Shown here: piece by piece, positions 38,208 through 47,393 of the stretch
Numbering within the stretch: the first letter of the stretch is position 1
Layout: each line of letters opens with the position of its first letter
DNA from: Candidatus Kaelpia imicola
GTDB lineage: Bacteria; Omnitrophota; Gorgyraeia; Kaelpiales; Kaelpiaceae
Assembly (NCBI GenBank): GCA_030765505.1
Contig: JAVCCL010000001.1
Span: 12,306-76,305, forward strand
DNA: 64,000 nt
Reading direction: 5' to 3'
Translations under genes and position numbers: made by a program
The notes under the pieces: generated by a model
What the model was told of the DNA's origin: nothing
Databases searched by the model: none
What the model saw: the letters and a program-made list of their open reading frames with translations, nothing else

Positions 38208-38576
38208 ATGGCTAAGAAGATATTGATAGTAGATGATGAGCCTGATGTAATAAAGGTGCTTGGGATGAGGCTTAAGGCAAACAATTATGAAGTTATATCG
38301 GCTCAAGACGGAATTCAGGCTGTCTCTATAGCACATAGAGAGAAACCGGATCTAATAATTCTTGATATAAAGATGCCTGCTCAGGATGGTTATGCTGTCT
38401 ATGAGAATTTGAGGATGGCTGTCAGTACTAATCTGATACCGATAATATTTTTAACAGCTCTTCCGCCTGAAGAAGTCGAAAAGAGAGTCCAGGAGTTAGA
38501 CGCAGACGGGTATATATCCAAGCCTTTTGATACAGAGAATATTTTAAATAAAATAAAAGAGTTAATACCAGATTAA
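38208..38576 (+). CDS. Single-domain response regulator (CheY-like receiver)
   Basis: ILIVDDEP and ILDIKMPAQDG. Confidence 0.85.
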   Translation: MAKKILIVDDEPDVIKVLGMRLKANNYEVISAQDGIQAVSIAHREKPDLIILDIKMPAQDGYAVYENLRMAVSTNLIPIIFLTALPPEEVEKRVQELDADGYISKPFDTENILNKIKELIPD

Positions 38577-38591
38577 ACTCAGGAGGTTAAG

Positions 38592-39353
38592 ATGAAGATA
38601 CTTATAGCTGATGATGAGAAGGATTTAGTATTTCTGCTTAAGATGCGCCTTGAATCGGTAGGATTTGAGATAGCAACAGCTTATGATGGTATTGAAGCAC
38701 TGCAGAAAGCTCACAGCGAGAGTCCGGATTTAATCATATTGGATATTATGATGCCTGCAGGGGACGGTTTTAGGATATGTGAGAAGCTTAAGTCGGAAGA
38801 AGATACATCATCTATTCCGGTTATATTTCTTACAGCAAAGACCCTTGATAAAGATGAGAGAAAAGGTTTAAGTATAGGTGCAGAGTATTATTTTAAAAAG
38901 CCTTTTGAGGCGGAAGATTTGATTGAGACTATAAATAAAGTTTTAAAGAAACCCCAGCAGCTTAGAGAAGAGATTAAGCACTCAAAAGTCTGGAAACTAT
39001 TTTTAATTACAGATAATATAGATGTATTACAATTGCTTGAGCCAAAACTAAAAGAGGAGAATTTTCAATATCAGATTGCTCAAAAGAGAGAAGATATTTT
39101 AAGTAAATTAAATCTTTTTGATCCCCAGCTGATAGTATTTGATGTTTATGCAAAGAGCATAGATGCTCTAAGGTTTTTAGAAGAAATGAAAGATGAAGAA
39201 AGTATTAAGAAGGCACCTTTTGTCTTGCTTGCAGCGCCTGGAGATAAGGGCAGGTTAGAAGATTATAAAAATATTGTTCAGATTATAGATATAGTTGAAA
39301 ACCCTTATGATATCTTAGAGCTTATAGCTGTTATTAAAGCCCATTTTAAATAA
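38592..39353 (+). CDS. Response regulator receiver with a C-terminal degenerate second receiver-like domain
   Basis: ILIADDEKD and ILDIMMPAGDG, plus ~120 aa that look like a pseudo-receiver. Confidence 0.7.
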   Translation: MKILIADDEKDLVFLLKMRLESVGFEIATAYDGIEALQKAHSESPDLIILDIMMPAGDGFRICEKLKSEEDTSSIPVIFLTAKTLDKDERKGLSIGAEYYFKKPFEAEDLIETINKVLKKPQQLREEIKHSKVWKLFLITDNIDVLQLLEPKLKEENFQYQIAQKREDILSKLNLFDPQLIVFDVYAKSIDALRFLEEMKDEESIKKAPFVLLAAPGDKGRLEDYKNIVQIIDIVENPYDILELIAVIKAHFK

Positions 39354-39356
39354 AAG

Positions 39357-39557
39357 TTATTTATTATCGTAGAATAGAGTCTCCCTGTCGGATAGTCTGC
39401 CTTTTTCTATTAGCTCATCTATTAAAGTTTGTCTAACAGTATCTTTTTCATTTTCATAATAGCTTCTCGTAGCTGTTTTTAAATTAGAGAGTATGGATAA
39501 AAATATTAACAGAGATGTTATTAAGACCGATATTTTTAAAAAACTATCTTTTTTCAT
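39357..39557 (-). CDS. Possible small membrane-anchored protein downstream of the giant fusion gene
   Basis: Internal ATG giving MKKDSFLKISVLITSLLIFLSILSNL... (66 aa). It is largely 3' of the stop of the 1161-aa ORF. The call is weak. Confidence 0.2.
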   Translation of the reverse strand: MKKDSFLKISVLITSLLIFLSILSNLKTATRSYYENEKDTVRQTLIDELIEKGRLSDRETLFYDNK

Positions 39558-42500
39558 AACACTCAATCTTACACTGTATGCATTCTGGGTCTTTAGAGTT
39601 ATTATTTTGTAATTCACAATAGCTGAATCTTTTTTTAAATATTTTATTAAATAACGAGATTTTATTAAACATTGATAGTAATGCTCCAACAACACAGAAA
39701 TATCTGCACCAGAATCTCGGTATAAATAGCGAGAAGAGCAACGCTATATATAATAATAAACTATTAAATCCAGGTTTTGAGAATATTGAAGTTAATCGAG
39801 ATAGTGGCTCTTGTTGAAAAATATAATTATTCTTTGTTATAGAGAATAATATTATTACTATTGAGAGTAGAATATATTTTATATACCTGATCTTATTATC
39901 TAGCTCTTTAGAAGGTTTGACTTCTATTTTTTTTATGTTTAACAACTTCTGCAAAGCTCCAAAAGGGCAAAGAAATCCACAATATATCCTTCCGTATATT
40001 AATGCTAATATAAAAGGCATAAAAGTTATGGTCCAAAGAGAGAGGTTTTTGATAGAGGGTAAATTTAGATTTAATATATTAAATATATGAAATAGAGATA
40101 GCTGTAACTGTAATATTAATCCCAATATTATTACAACCAGCAACTGGTATAATATCTCTATCTTTGAGTTTAGACTTCTATGGAAGATATAGAGACCAGT
40201 CAGTATAAAAAGTATAAATATAATACTTTTAAGTATTTCAGTTAAAGGTGGTGTTAAATCTATTTGAGGCTCTTTTTCAATAAAATCTTTTGATATCTTT
40301 TGAGCGGTTTTCTTGACCGTTTCAATTATAGCTTTTGATGTATAGGTTGCAGAGGTCACAGCATCTATATCGTTTATTCTATAAAGCTCTGTTAATAATC
40401 TACCTTTAAAGCTATTAAGCCAGGGTTCTACTCTTTTTAAATAACTGGGCGTCTCTTTAGGATCAATTATTTTTAAATCTATTATCCTGTAATTACTATC
40501 TGTTCTGATCTCTATATCAACCAATCCAGCAAAACCTTTAGATGATACACCTAATTCTCTGGAATTAAATATGTGGTATCTCTTCTCTTCTCTTTTTTCT
40601 TGGATTCTAATAGAGGTTGCTACTCTATTGTCTTCTGCAATGTAAGGTCTGCTTTTGATGTAGCTTGACCCTATTAACACTAATAGAGATATTCCAAATA
40701 GGAAATAGGATGTCTTTATATAAGGGAAAGATAATCTACCTAAACTGAATATACGTTTTTTTAATATTCTAGCGTTTGTTCCCAGTTTAATCAGCAATAA
40801 GATAACAAAGGTTAAAATGCTTAAGAAGAGCAGTGTTTTAGATATGCCCAGAAGAGGTATCAATATTATTCCTGTTATAGTTGAACCGATTGCCGCACCC
40901 CAGTGATCTAGCGATTGAAGTATACCTGCTAAACTAAGTAAACTCAGTTGCTTGTTTTCTAAAACCCTGGCTGTCAATGGGTAGGATGCCCCAGTTAGTA
41001 TGCCTGAGAATAGAAAGAGAGATGAAAATATCGGTATAGATAGTTGATAGGAGAGGTTATTTATTACCTCTTTGAATAGATAAAAACTAAATAGATATAT
41101 CAGCAGTTGTATTGATAGTATCAATATTATAATTTTAAATGGCTCTGTCTTATCAACAATTTTTTTAATAGAGAGACTGCCTATCGCCAGCCCCAACATA
41201 AAGAGGCTGCTTAATAACCCTATATAGATATATATGGTTCCGAAGATGTTCTGGAATAGAAATAGCAATACTATATGATAGATAAAAGCAGAAGACCCAG
41301 AAAAAAGCTGGTAGAGTTTAGCATTAAATACGGCTTCTACTTGAGGTTCGTTAGCTATAAATTTAAGGTAGTGTACTCTTAAGATAAAAAATATTAAAAT
41401 TGCTATAAAGAATAAAGGGAATCCGTATATAAACAGTAATTTCATTGTTTGAGTAATTTTTAAACCGCTATATTCTGTAAAGACCAATAGATTTAGAAAA
41501 TAAGATAAAGGTTTTTTGTCCGAATTGATTAAAAGATTATAAGTACTATTTTGATAGCTATCTTTTATAAATTGTACCCGGTCTTTATCTATAAGGCTAT
41601 AGAAGCTCTCAGGAGAGAAGGTATAGTCATCTGGAATATATATCAGCCCTCTCCTGTAGAGTTCATCGGCTGATTGAGTGATATTAGAATTTCTTGAGCC
41701 TGCAAAAAACCATAAATTATCTCCTGGGATGAGCACAATCTTTTTAAATTCCGTTTGCAGGGTATGGTAGATTGAAGAGCCATAATTCTTTAGCTCCTTT
41801 GATAGAAAGTTCTCAGCAGAAGTTATCTTTACTGCAACGCCACCGTTATTTTTAAGGTTATCTTTAAGCAATCTGTAAAACTCTTCTGTATAGAGTTTAT
41901 TTGCATAGGCGCTTGATGGTTCAGGTTCGTTGATTATTATAAGGTCATATCTCTCTTTATGTTCTTTGATGTAGTTTCTGGGGTCTTTGAAGATAAACTT
42001 AACTTTTTCTTCTTTAAATATTCTCTCTATCTCAGGTGGAGCGTGTCTTTTTATAAAGTCAAAATAGTCGCTATCTTTATATACATTGACTATCTTTTTA
42101 ATATTAAAATCTAAGAGAGACTCTATCTGATTTTCAAAACCTTCGCCCAGTATCAGAATATCTTCAGGCATATCTAACATTGCAATAAAGAGGCTTACAC
42201 TCTCTTGGGATGATATCTTATCAGGTAAGGTTTGGATTGCCTCTCCGTTTGACAGGAGTATTATTTTCTCTTTGTATCTACCGATGCTTATCTGTTGATA
42301 GGGAGTATCGATTGTTTCGATTAATTCTGCATCTGGAATAATCTGTTTAAAGCGTATATCGTTAAGATACTTTTCAAGAGGTTTTTGATAGATAAATAGT
42401 AGAGAGAATAATATCAAAGATAGAGAAGATAGAATTTTATTTGTTTTAGTTTTTCTATAGATACTTTCAAAGCTCGTTATAATAGCAAAAAGAAGACAGC

Positions 42501-43029
42501 AAGTTATTAAAATTATTGTTGCGGGGAATAGATTTATCAGAAGTAACGTTATTAAGATTCCGGCTATTACACTGCCCAGAGATTCAAATATATAGGCATC
42601 TGAGATTATGTTTTTAGATGATTTTTTATGGTTTTTTAATAGTTGGCAGCCGGATGTAAATAAGATACCTGTGAATAAAGCTAGAGGTCCATTAAATAGG
42701 ATGCTTAAGGGTATGGCTTTCTGGAGTGGAAATAACTCCCAAGCTTCTATAGATGCAAGGGGTTTAAAGAAACGAAAGAGCAGGAATTGAAAGATTGCAA
42801 GAAAAGGGTAGAGCTTCAGTAGTTTAGGAAACAGTTTTGATATTTTTTGATATTTTCTTGTTAAAGTTGCTCCAATCGCAATCCATAGAAACCAGGAAGC
42901 GTAAAATATTCCTATTGAGAGCTCATTTCCGTTAAATGATACCAGGTATTCTCTTAAGAGTATTGTCTGCAAAAGGATTGTGAATGCTCCGAGTGCAAAA
43001 AAGATGATTTTATAGATACTTTTTTTCAT
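39544..43029 (-). CDS. 1161-aa multidomain membrane protein: N-terminal TM bundle, spermidine-synthase-like domain, second TM bundle, FMN_bind domain, NapH/NosR-like polyferredoxin TM domain
   Basis: The PABS-like region is ILILGEGFENQ...YDLIIINEPEPSSAYANKLYTEEFYRLLKDNLKNNGGVAV. The FMN_bind motif is IDAVTSATYTSKAI. The NapH-type motifs are RIYCGFLCPFGALQ and FWCRYFCVVGALL. The C-terminus has C-x10-C-x2-C-x3-C. Confidence 0.75.
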   Translation of the reverse strand: MKKSIYKIIFFALGAFTILLQTILLREYLVSFNGNELSIGIFYASWFLWIAIGATLTRKYQKISKLFPKLLKLYPFLAIFQFLLFRFFKPLASIEAWELFPLQKAIPLSILFNGPLALFTGILFTSGCQLLKNHKKSSKNIISDAYIFESLGSVIAGILITLLLINLFPATIILITCCLLFAIITSFESIYRKTKTNKILSSLSLILFSLLFIYQKPLEKYLNDIRFKQIIPDAELIETIDTPYQQISIGRYKEKIILLSNGEAIQTLPDKISSQESVSLFIAMLDMPEDILILGEGFENQIESLLDFNIKKIVNVYKDSDYFDFIKRHAPPEIERIFKEEKVKFIFKDPRNYIKEHKERYDLIIINEPEPSSAYANKLYTEEFYRLLKDNLKNNGGVAVKITSAENFLSKELKNYGSSIYHTLQTEFKKIVLIPGDNLWFFAGSRNSNITQSADELYRRGLIYIPDDYTFSPESFYSLIDKDRVQFIKDSYQNSTYNLLINSDKKPLSYFLNLLVFTEYSGLKITQTMKLLFIYGFPLFFIAILIFFILRVHYLKFIANEPQVEAVFNAKLYQLFSGSSAFIYHIVLLFLFQNIFGTIYIYIGLLSSLFMLGLAIGSLSIKKIVDKTEPFKIIILILSIQLLIYLFSFYLFKEVINNLSYQLSIPIFSSLFLFSGILTGASYPLTARVLENKQLSLLSLAGILQSLDHWGAAIGSTITGIILIPLLGISKTLLFLSILTFVILLLIKLGTNARILKKRIFSLGRLSFPYIKTSYFLFGISLLVLIGSSYIKSRPYIAEDNRVATSIRIQEKREEKRYHIFNSRELGVSSKGFAGLVDIEIRTDSNYRIIDLKIIDPKETPSYLKRVEPWLNSFKGRLLTELYRINDIDAVTSATYTSKAIIETVKKTAQKISKDFIEKEPQIDLTPPLTEILKSIIFILFILTGLYIFHRSLNSKIEILYQLLVVIILGLILQLQLSLFHIFNILNLNLPSIKNLSLWTITFMPFILALIYGRIYCGFLCPFGALQKLLNIKKIEVKPSKELDNKIRYIKYILLSIVIILFSITKNNYIFQQEPLSRLTSIFSKPGFNSLLLYIALLFSLFIPRFWCRYFCVVGALLSMFNKISLFNKIFKKRFSYCELQNNNSKDPECIQCKIECYEKR

Positions 43030-44510
43030 TCTTCGGAGAAGACCTCAGCTTGAAATACTTCAAAGCTTGTACCTTCTTTATAGGCGTGGGGTGAGAGCCC
43101 AGCTTTATAGGAGAGATGAGAGAGGGTGGTATCTAAGTCCCAGCCTTGTTCTGGTGCAACTTGAGGCAAGAAGACTGCGCCTCTTGAACCTTTCTTTAAT
43201 AATATCCCATCTCTACCTATTACTATATCTTTGTAATCATCTATTTTCCGGGGCGGTGTTAGGGCAGATATCTCTATCTCGATTTTATCCAATTCCCCTG
43301 CTGTAACTTGAGTAAATCTAAAGTCATTGACTGCTGCATCAATTGTTCTTTCAATTACGACTTGATATAGATGTTTTCTTGGAAGTATCTCGCCAATACA
43401 ACCTCTGAGCTGCCCTTTTTTGTGCAAGGTTACAAATGCCCCGCGGTTCTTTTTGAGGTTCTCTGTCAGTTTAATTCCTAGATCCTCTATCTTTGGAATC
43501 TTTTTCTCTCTGATATAACTCTCCAAGACTGCGCGGGATAGTTTAAGTAAAGATTTCTTCTCCTCTTCTGTCAATCTGTTTTCTGGTATGCCTTCATTTA
43601 GATCAGAATTGTTATTGTAAAACCCTATAGTTACATAGCTTATAGAGGTTGAGAAATCACCGGTCATCTCACCCAAAGTGTCATAGCGTATAACTCTTGC
43701 TTTAGTATCTTTAGGTAACATTGAGAGTAATATTGCTATCGGGATACGTCCGCATATAGTTGCCTGGGTCTTCTGGATATATTTTAGAAAGCCATTATGA
43801 TCTAAGTTTTCTATTTTCTCTATAGCTCCATAGTCCAACCTTCTTATATTCTCTTTTATATTGTCATTAAACGGAACATAATCGTAGCGATAGCCGTAAT
43901 GAGTGAAATCAGAACTTATTATAAATATTGAATCTCCAGAGACATAATTTTTTAATATCTCTGCTGCCTTCTCTACTCTTTCTATGTTTAACTGTCCTAC
44001 TACTATAGGGATTATTTTAAAGTCTGAGAGAATGACCTGTAGAAAAGGAATTTGTAACTCTATACTGTTCTCATTATAAAAAGCCTCATCAGTTGCTTGG
44101 AATATTTCTGTTTCAAGTAGCTCTTCTTTAATTTTTTTATCTATCTCTATTTTGCCCAGAGGTGTTTTAAAATAATCGCTTTGAGGCAGTATAAGTTTAT
44201 CTGTATGTAATCTATGAGATGGGCCAAGTATAAATACATATTTAATTTCTCTAGATAACAGTTCTTTGTATCCATAAGCAGCTGTCTGTCCAGACCAAGC
44301 TAGACCTGCATGAGGTTCTATTAATGCAATAGGCCTCTCGCAAGGCGTGGTCTCTACTTTATCTAAGAAAGAGTAAACCATATCTTTGAGTTCATTTGGT
44401 TCCTCAGGATACCAGCCGTGACAGCTGGCATTTAATGTCTTTGCATCTGTTTCTTTTGACATGGTATTTACCCCCAGTAATAATATTAGGATTATAAATA
44501 TCTTCTTCAT
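43026..44510 (-). CDS. AmmeMemoRadiSam system fusion protein: Memo-like (protein B) + AMMECR1 (protein A), with an N-terminal signal or anchor sequence
   Basis: The Memo region is HGWYPEEPNEL...LIEPHAGLAWSG...ILGPSH. The AMMECR1 region is GAFVTLHKKGQLRGCIGEI. The N-terminus MKKIFIILILLLGVNTMS is hydrophobic. There is a 4-nt overlap with the downstream giant ORF. Confidence 0.8.
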   Translation of the reverse strand: MKKIFIILILLLGVNTMSKETDAKTLNASCHGWYPEEPNELKDMVYSFLDKVETTPCERPIALIEPHAGLAWSGQTAAYGYKELLSREIKYVFILGPSHRLHTDKLILPQSDYFKTPLGKIEIDKKIKEELLETEIFQATDEAFYNENSIELQIPFLQVILSDFKIIPIVVGQLNIERVEKAAEILKNYVSGDSIFIISSDFTHYGYRYDYVPFNDNIKENIRRLDYGAIEKIENLDHNGFLKYIQKTQATICGRIPIAILLSMLPKDTKARVIRYDTLGEMTGDFSTSISYVTIGFYNNNSDLNEGIPENRLTEEEKKSLLKLSRAVLESYIREKKIPKIEDLGIKLTENLKKNRGAFVTLHKKGQLRGCIGEILPRKHLYQVVIERTIDAAVNDFRFTQVTAGELDKIEIEISALTPPRKIDDYKDIVIGRDGILLKKGSRGAVFLPQVAPEQGWDLDTTLSHLSYKAGLSPHAYKEGTSFEVFQAEVFSEE

Positions 44511-44752
44511 CCTGCCAGATTATGTTTTAAATATATATCTTTTTTAGACAATACCCTTCTTCTCATTTTAGATATAGAAGAGTTCTCTCTACTCCATTTA
44601 ATCGGAATAAAGCTTAAAATAATAGTCAAAAAAAGAAATTTAGTGCTTAAGGCCAAGAATCTCTTTCTCGTTATCTCTGAATGTAATAAATTTTCTAATT
44701 TAGATGTCAGTGTTTCTATGCTTCTATACATTATCTCTCCACTCTCCTGCAA
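44507..44752 (-). CDS. Small single-TM ORF between the rSAM and Memo-AMMECR1 genes
   Basis: 81 aa with one hydrophobic helix. It overlaps both neighbours. Weak. Confidence 0.2.
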   Translation of the reverse strand: MQESGEIMYRSIETLTSKLENLLHSEITRKRFLALSTKFLFLTIILSFIPIKWSRENSSISKMRRRVLSKKDIYLKHNLAG

Positions 44753-45707
44753 TTATTTCTAAGCAATTAGGGCATTTATTATCTTCTATCTTATAATTTA
44801 TTATTTTGTAACCTGCTCTTTCAACCAATAGATTGTTACAATTTGGACAATAAGTGTTCTCTTCTTTTACTCCATATACATTGCCTATATATACATACTT
44901 GAGTCCGATATTCCGGGCTATTGAGTGGGCTTTTTTGAGCATCTCATACTGTGTGACAGGGATATTTTTCATCAGATAGTGAGGTTGAAATCTAGAGAAA
45001 TGTAAAGGGGTATCTGCTCCGAGGTTCTCTTTTATCCAGAGAGCCATTCTCTCTATCTCTTTTGGATCATCATTCAATGTGGGTATTATCAGATTTGTTA
45101 TCTCAAGCCAGAGGCCGATCTCTTTTGCTATTAAGAGTGCATTTAAAACCGGCTTTAGAGTACCGGTTGTTATCTTTCGATACATTTCATCATTAAAGAA
45201 TTTTAAGTCTATGTTGGCTGCATCTATATAGCGGTATAGTTTACGCAGTGGTTTCTCATTACAATATCCTGCAGTTACAAGTACATTCTGTAAGCCGTAA
45301 GAGTTAGCTATTATAGAGGTGTCCAAGGTATACTCATAGTAGGATAGTGGTTCGGTATAAGTATAAGCTATCATATTAGAACCATTCTTTCTTGTTAGGG
45401 AGACTACATCCTGGGGCTGTAGTGAATAAGAAGGTATATCCTCAGGATTACTTTGAGATATCTGCCAGTTCTGGCAGTTTTTGCAGTGTAAGTTACAACC
45501 TGCGGTTGCAATAGATAGTATCTTTTCTCCGGGATTAAAATGAAAGAGTGGTTTCTTCTCAATGGGATCCATATGTATTGAGCAGGGCCGGCCATAAGTA
45601 AGCAAGATCAACTTACCGTTCTGATTGTAACGGACCTTGCAATCCCCTCTTGAGCCGGGTTTTATCAAGCATTGTTTAGGGCAGAGTTTACACTGAACAG
45701 TATTCAT
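44724..45707 (-). CDS. AmmeMemoRadiSam system radical SAM enzyme (PFL-activase-like)
   Basis: CNLHCKNCQNW is a CxxxCxxC motif. The N-terminal CKLCPKQC..C cluster and the C-terminal CPNCNN..CPNC are typical of this subfamily. Confidence 0.8.
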   Translation of the reverse strand: MNTVQCKLCPKQCLIKPGSRGDCKVRYNQNGKLILLTYGRPCSIHMDPIEKKPLFHFNPGEKILSIATAGCNLHCKNCQNWQISQSNPEDIPSYSLQPQDVVSLTRKNGSNMIAYTYTEPLSYYEYTLDTSIIANSYGLQNVLVTAGYCNEKPLRKLYRYIDAANIDLKFFNDEMYRKITTGTLKPVLNALLIAKEIGLWLEITNLIIPTLNDDPKEIERMALWIKENLGADTPLHFSRFQPHYLMKNIPVTQYEMLKKAHSIARNIGLKYVYIGNVYGVKEENTYCPNCNNLLVERAGYKIINYKIEDNKCPNCLEIIAGEWRDNV

Positions 45708-45775
45708 AGGATTATTGTATTAATATAGTAAATTATATTGAATTCTTTACACTGCTGCCACTATAATCTACGGTA

Positions 45776-46786
45776 ATGAAGAGATTAGGTATTATATCTG
45801 TTTTTCTTCTGCTCTCAGGTTGTGTTACAACTGGGCCTCCGGTCTATAAGGGGGAGATCTATCAGACTCAGGAAAAGCTTAAAGTCAAAGTCTTAAAGTA
45901 TCAACTTGAAAAAGAGAGAGATGTCGTGGCAGTGGGCTATGAGCTTCTCAAGGCTTTGCCGGATAACGGTAAAAGTTTCCCCTATCTAGGTGCTCGTTTT
46001 ATTAAAATTGATCAATATTCAAAGGAACTTTTTAATATTGTAAATAATTATGGTATTACAGTTGCTTATGTAGTTAAAGAGTCTCCGGCGGATAAAGCTG
46101 GAATAAAGAGAGCGGATGTTATCAAAAAGATTAACGGACGCATTATAAATACAGAGAGAGATTTAAAATATACTTTGAATAATTTAAGGCCTGGAGAGAA
46201 GTTGGATTTTGAATTGATAAGAGCTCATAATCTCATAAGATCAACAGTTATCTTAGAGAGAGTTGGACTTGATATAAATTTTGGTATGTTGAACGAAGAG
46301 TCTGTTAATGCCGGGGCATCGTTGAAGGAGGTGGTCGTGACATATGGCTTAATGAGGTTTATTGAATCGGAAGATGAGCTAGCTATTATTTTAGGTCATG
46401 AACTTGCTCATATTGTCCGAGGCCATATTGGGAAACGCATCGGAACCGATCTTTTCTCCGTTTTGCTGGGAGTAGCAGCTGGATATGGAGCAGAGAGTAT
46501 ATCTCCTGGTAGCGGTGATGTTGTAATGCGAGGTATTGGCGGTGCATTCAGCAGCTTGTATTCCCGGGAGTTTGAGAGAGAAGCCGACTATTTTGGTGTT
46601 CTTTATGCTTATAAGGCAGGTTATGATGTCAGAGCCGGAATTGATATCTGGGAGAGATTTGCTATAGAGATGCCTGAATCAATGGTTCGAGATTTCTACA
46701 GTAGCCATCCTACTTCAACAGAGCGGTTATTAAGGATAGAGAAGATTGTAAGAGATTTAGAAGAGGGCAGGATTACTGTTGATTAG
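45776..46786 (+). CDS. Lipoprotein M48-family metalloprotease with a PDZ domain
   Basis: Lipobox LLSGC. The PDZ domain is GITVAYVVKESPADKAGIKRADVI. The HExxH motif is GHELAHIVRGH. Confidence 0.75.
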   Translation: MKRLGIISVFLLLSGCVTTGPPVYKGEIYQTQEKLKVKVLKYQLEKERDVVAVGYELLKALPDNGKSFPYLGARFIKIDQYSKELFNIVNNYGITVAYVVKESPADKAGIKRADVIKKINGRIINTERDLKYTLNNLRPGEKLDFELIRAHNLIRSTVILERVGLDINFGMLNEESVNAGASLKEVVVTYGLMRFIESEDELAIILGHELAHIVRGHIGKRIGTDLFSVLLGVAAGYGAESISPGSGDVVMRGIGGAFSSLYSREFEREADYFGVLYAYKAGYDVRAGIDIWERFAIEMPESMVRDFYSSHPTSTERLLRIEKIVRDLEEGRITVD

Positions 46787-46861
46787 CGCTGCCATTTTAT
46801 AGTTATATTGAACATTGTTTCTTGATAGAATATGGTTTAACTCAAAAGATTTATTTAAATT

Positions 46862-47377
46862 ATGGAAGCATTAATCACAGTATTTTTTTTAATTTTGGTT
46901 TTAATTTCCCTTCTGTTTACTCTCTTTGGAAATTTTGGCAACCTGTTGATTTTGGTATTCTCTTTCATCTATTCTGCCCTAACAAGTTTTGAGATAATAC
47001 TGCCCAAGGTTCTTCTGGCCCTGGCTTTGATATATCTAACAGGTGAGCTGTTTGAATATATATTTATAATACTTGGAGTTAGAATCTCAGGGGCTACCAA
47101 GAGGGCCGGCTGGGGGGCTATTATAGGCGGTTTAGTAGCGGTTGCTGTCTCACTTGCATTTTTGGGCGCAGGTTTTATTCCTTTGACAATAGCAGGAGTC
47201 TTCCTTGGGGCTTTCATTGTTGAACTTAAAGAGAAGAAAGATATATTTAAGGCTCTACGTGCAGGGTTAGGCTCTTTTCTGGGCAGGCTTGGAGCAGTAG
47301 TATTTAAGCTGATACTGGGTATTTTAATGATCTGTATCATAGTAGGTCATATCTTAAGTTACTTAAATATAATTTAA
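46862..47377 (+). CDS. DUF456-like small integral membrane protein
   Basis: Four predicted TM helices rich in glycine. Confidence 0.5.
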   Translation: MEALITVFFLILVLISLLFTLFGNFGNLLILVFSFIYSALTSFEIILPKVLLALALIYLTGELFEYIFIILGVRISGATKRAGWGAIIGGLVAVAVSLAFLGAGFIPLTIAGVFLGAFIVELKEKKDIFKALRAGLGSFLGRLGAVVFKLILGILMICIIVGHILSYLNII

Positions 47378-47393
47378 TATCTGAAATATTTTT

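Noticed and set aside
39357-39695. 112-aa track ORF on the minus strand
   Set aside because: Its 5' half lies inside the C-terminal coding region of the 1161-aa gene in another frame. Only the distal 66 codons (from an internal ATG) could be real, so it is listed as a low-confidence small ORF.
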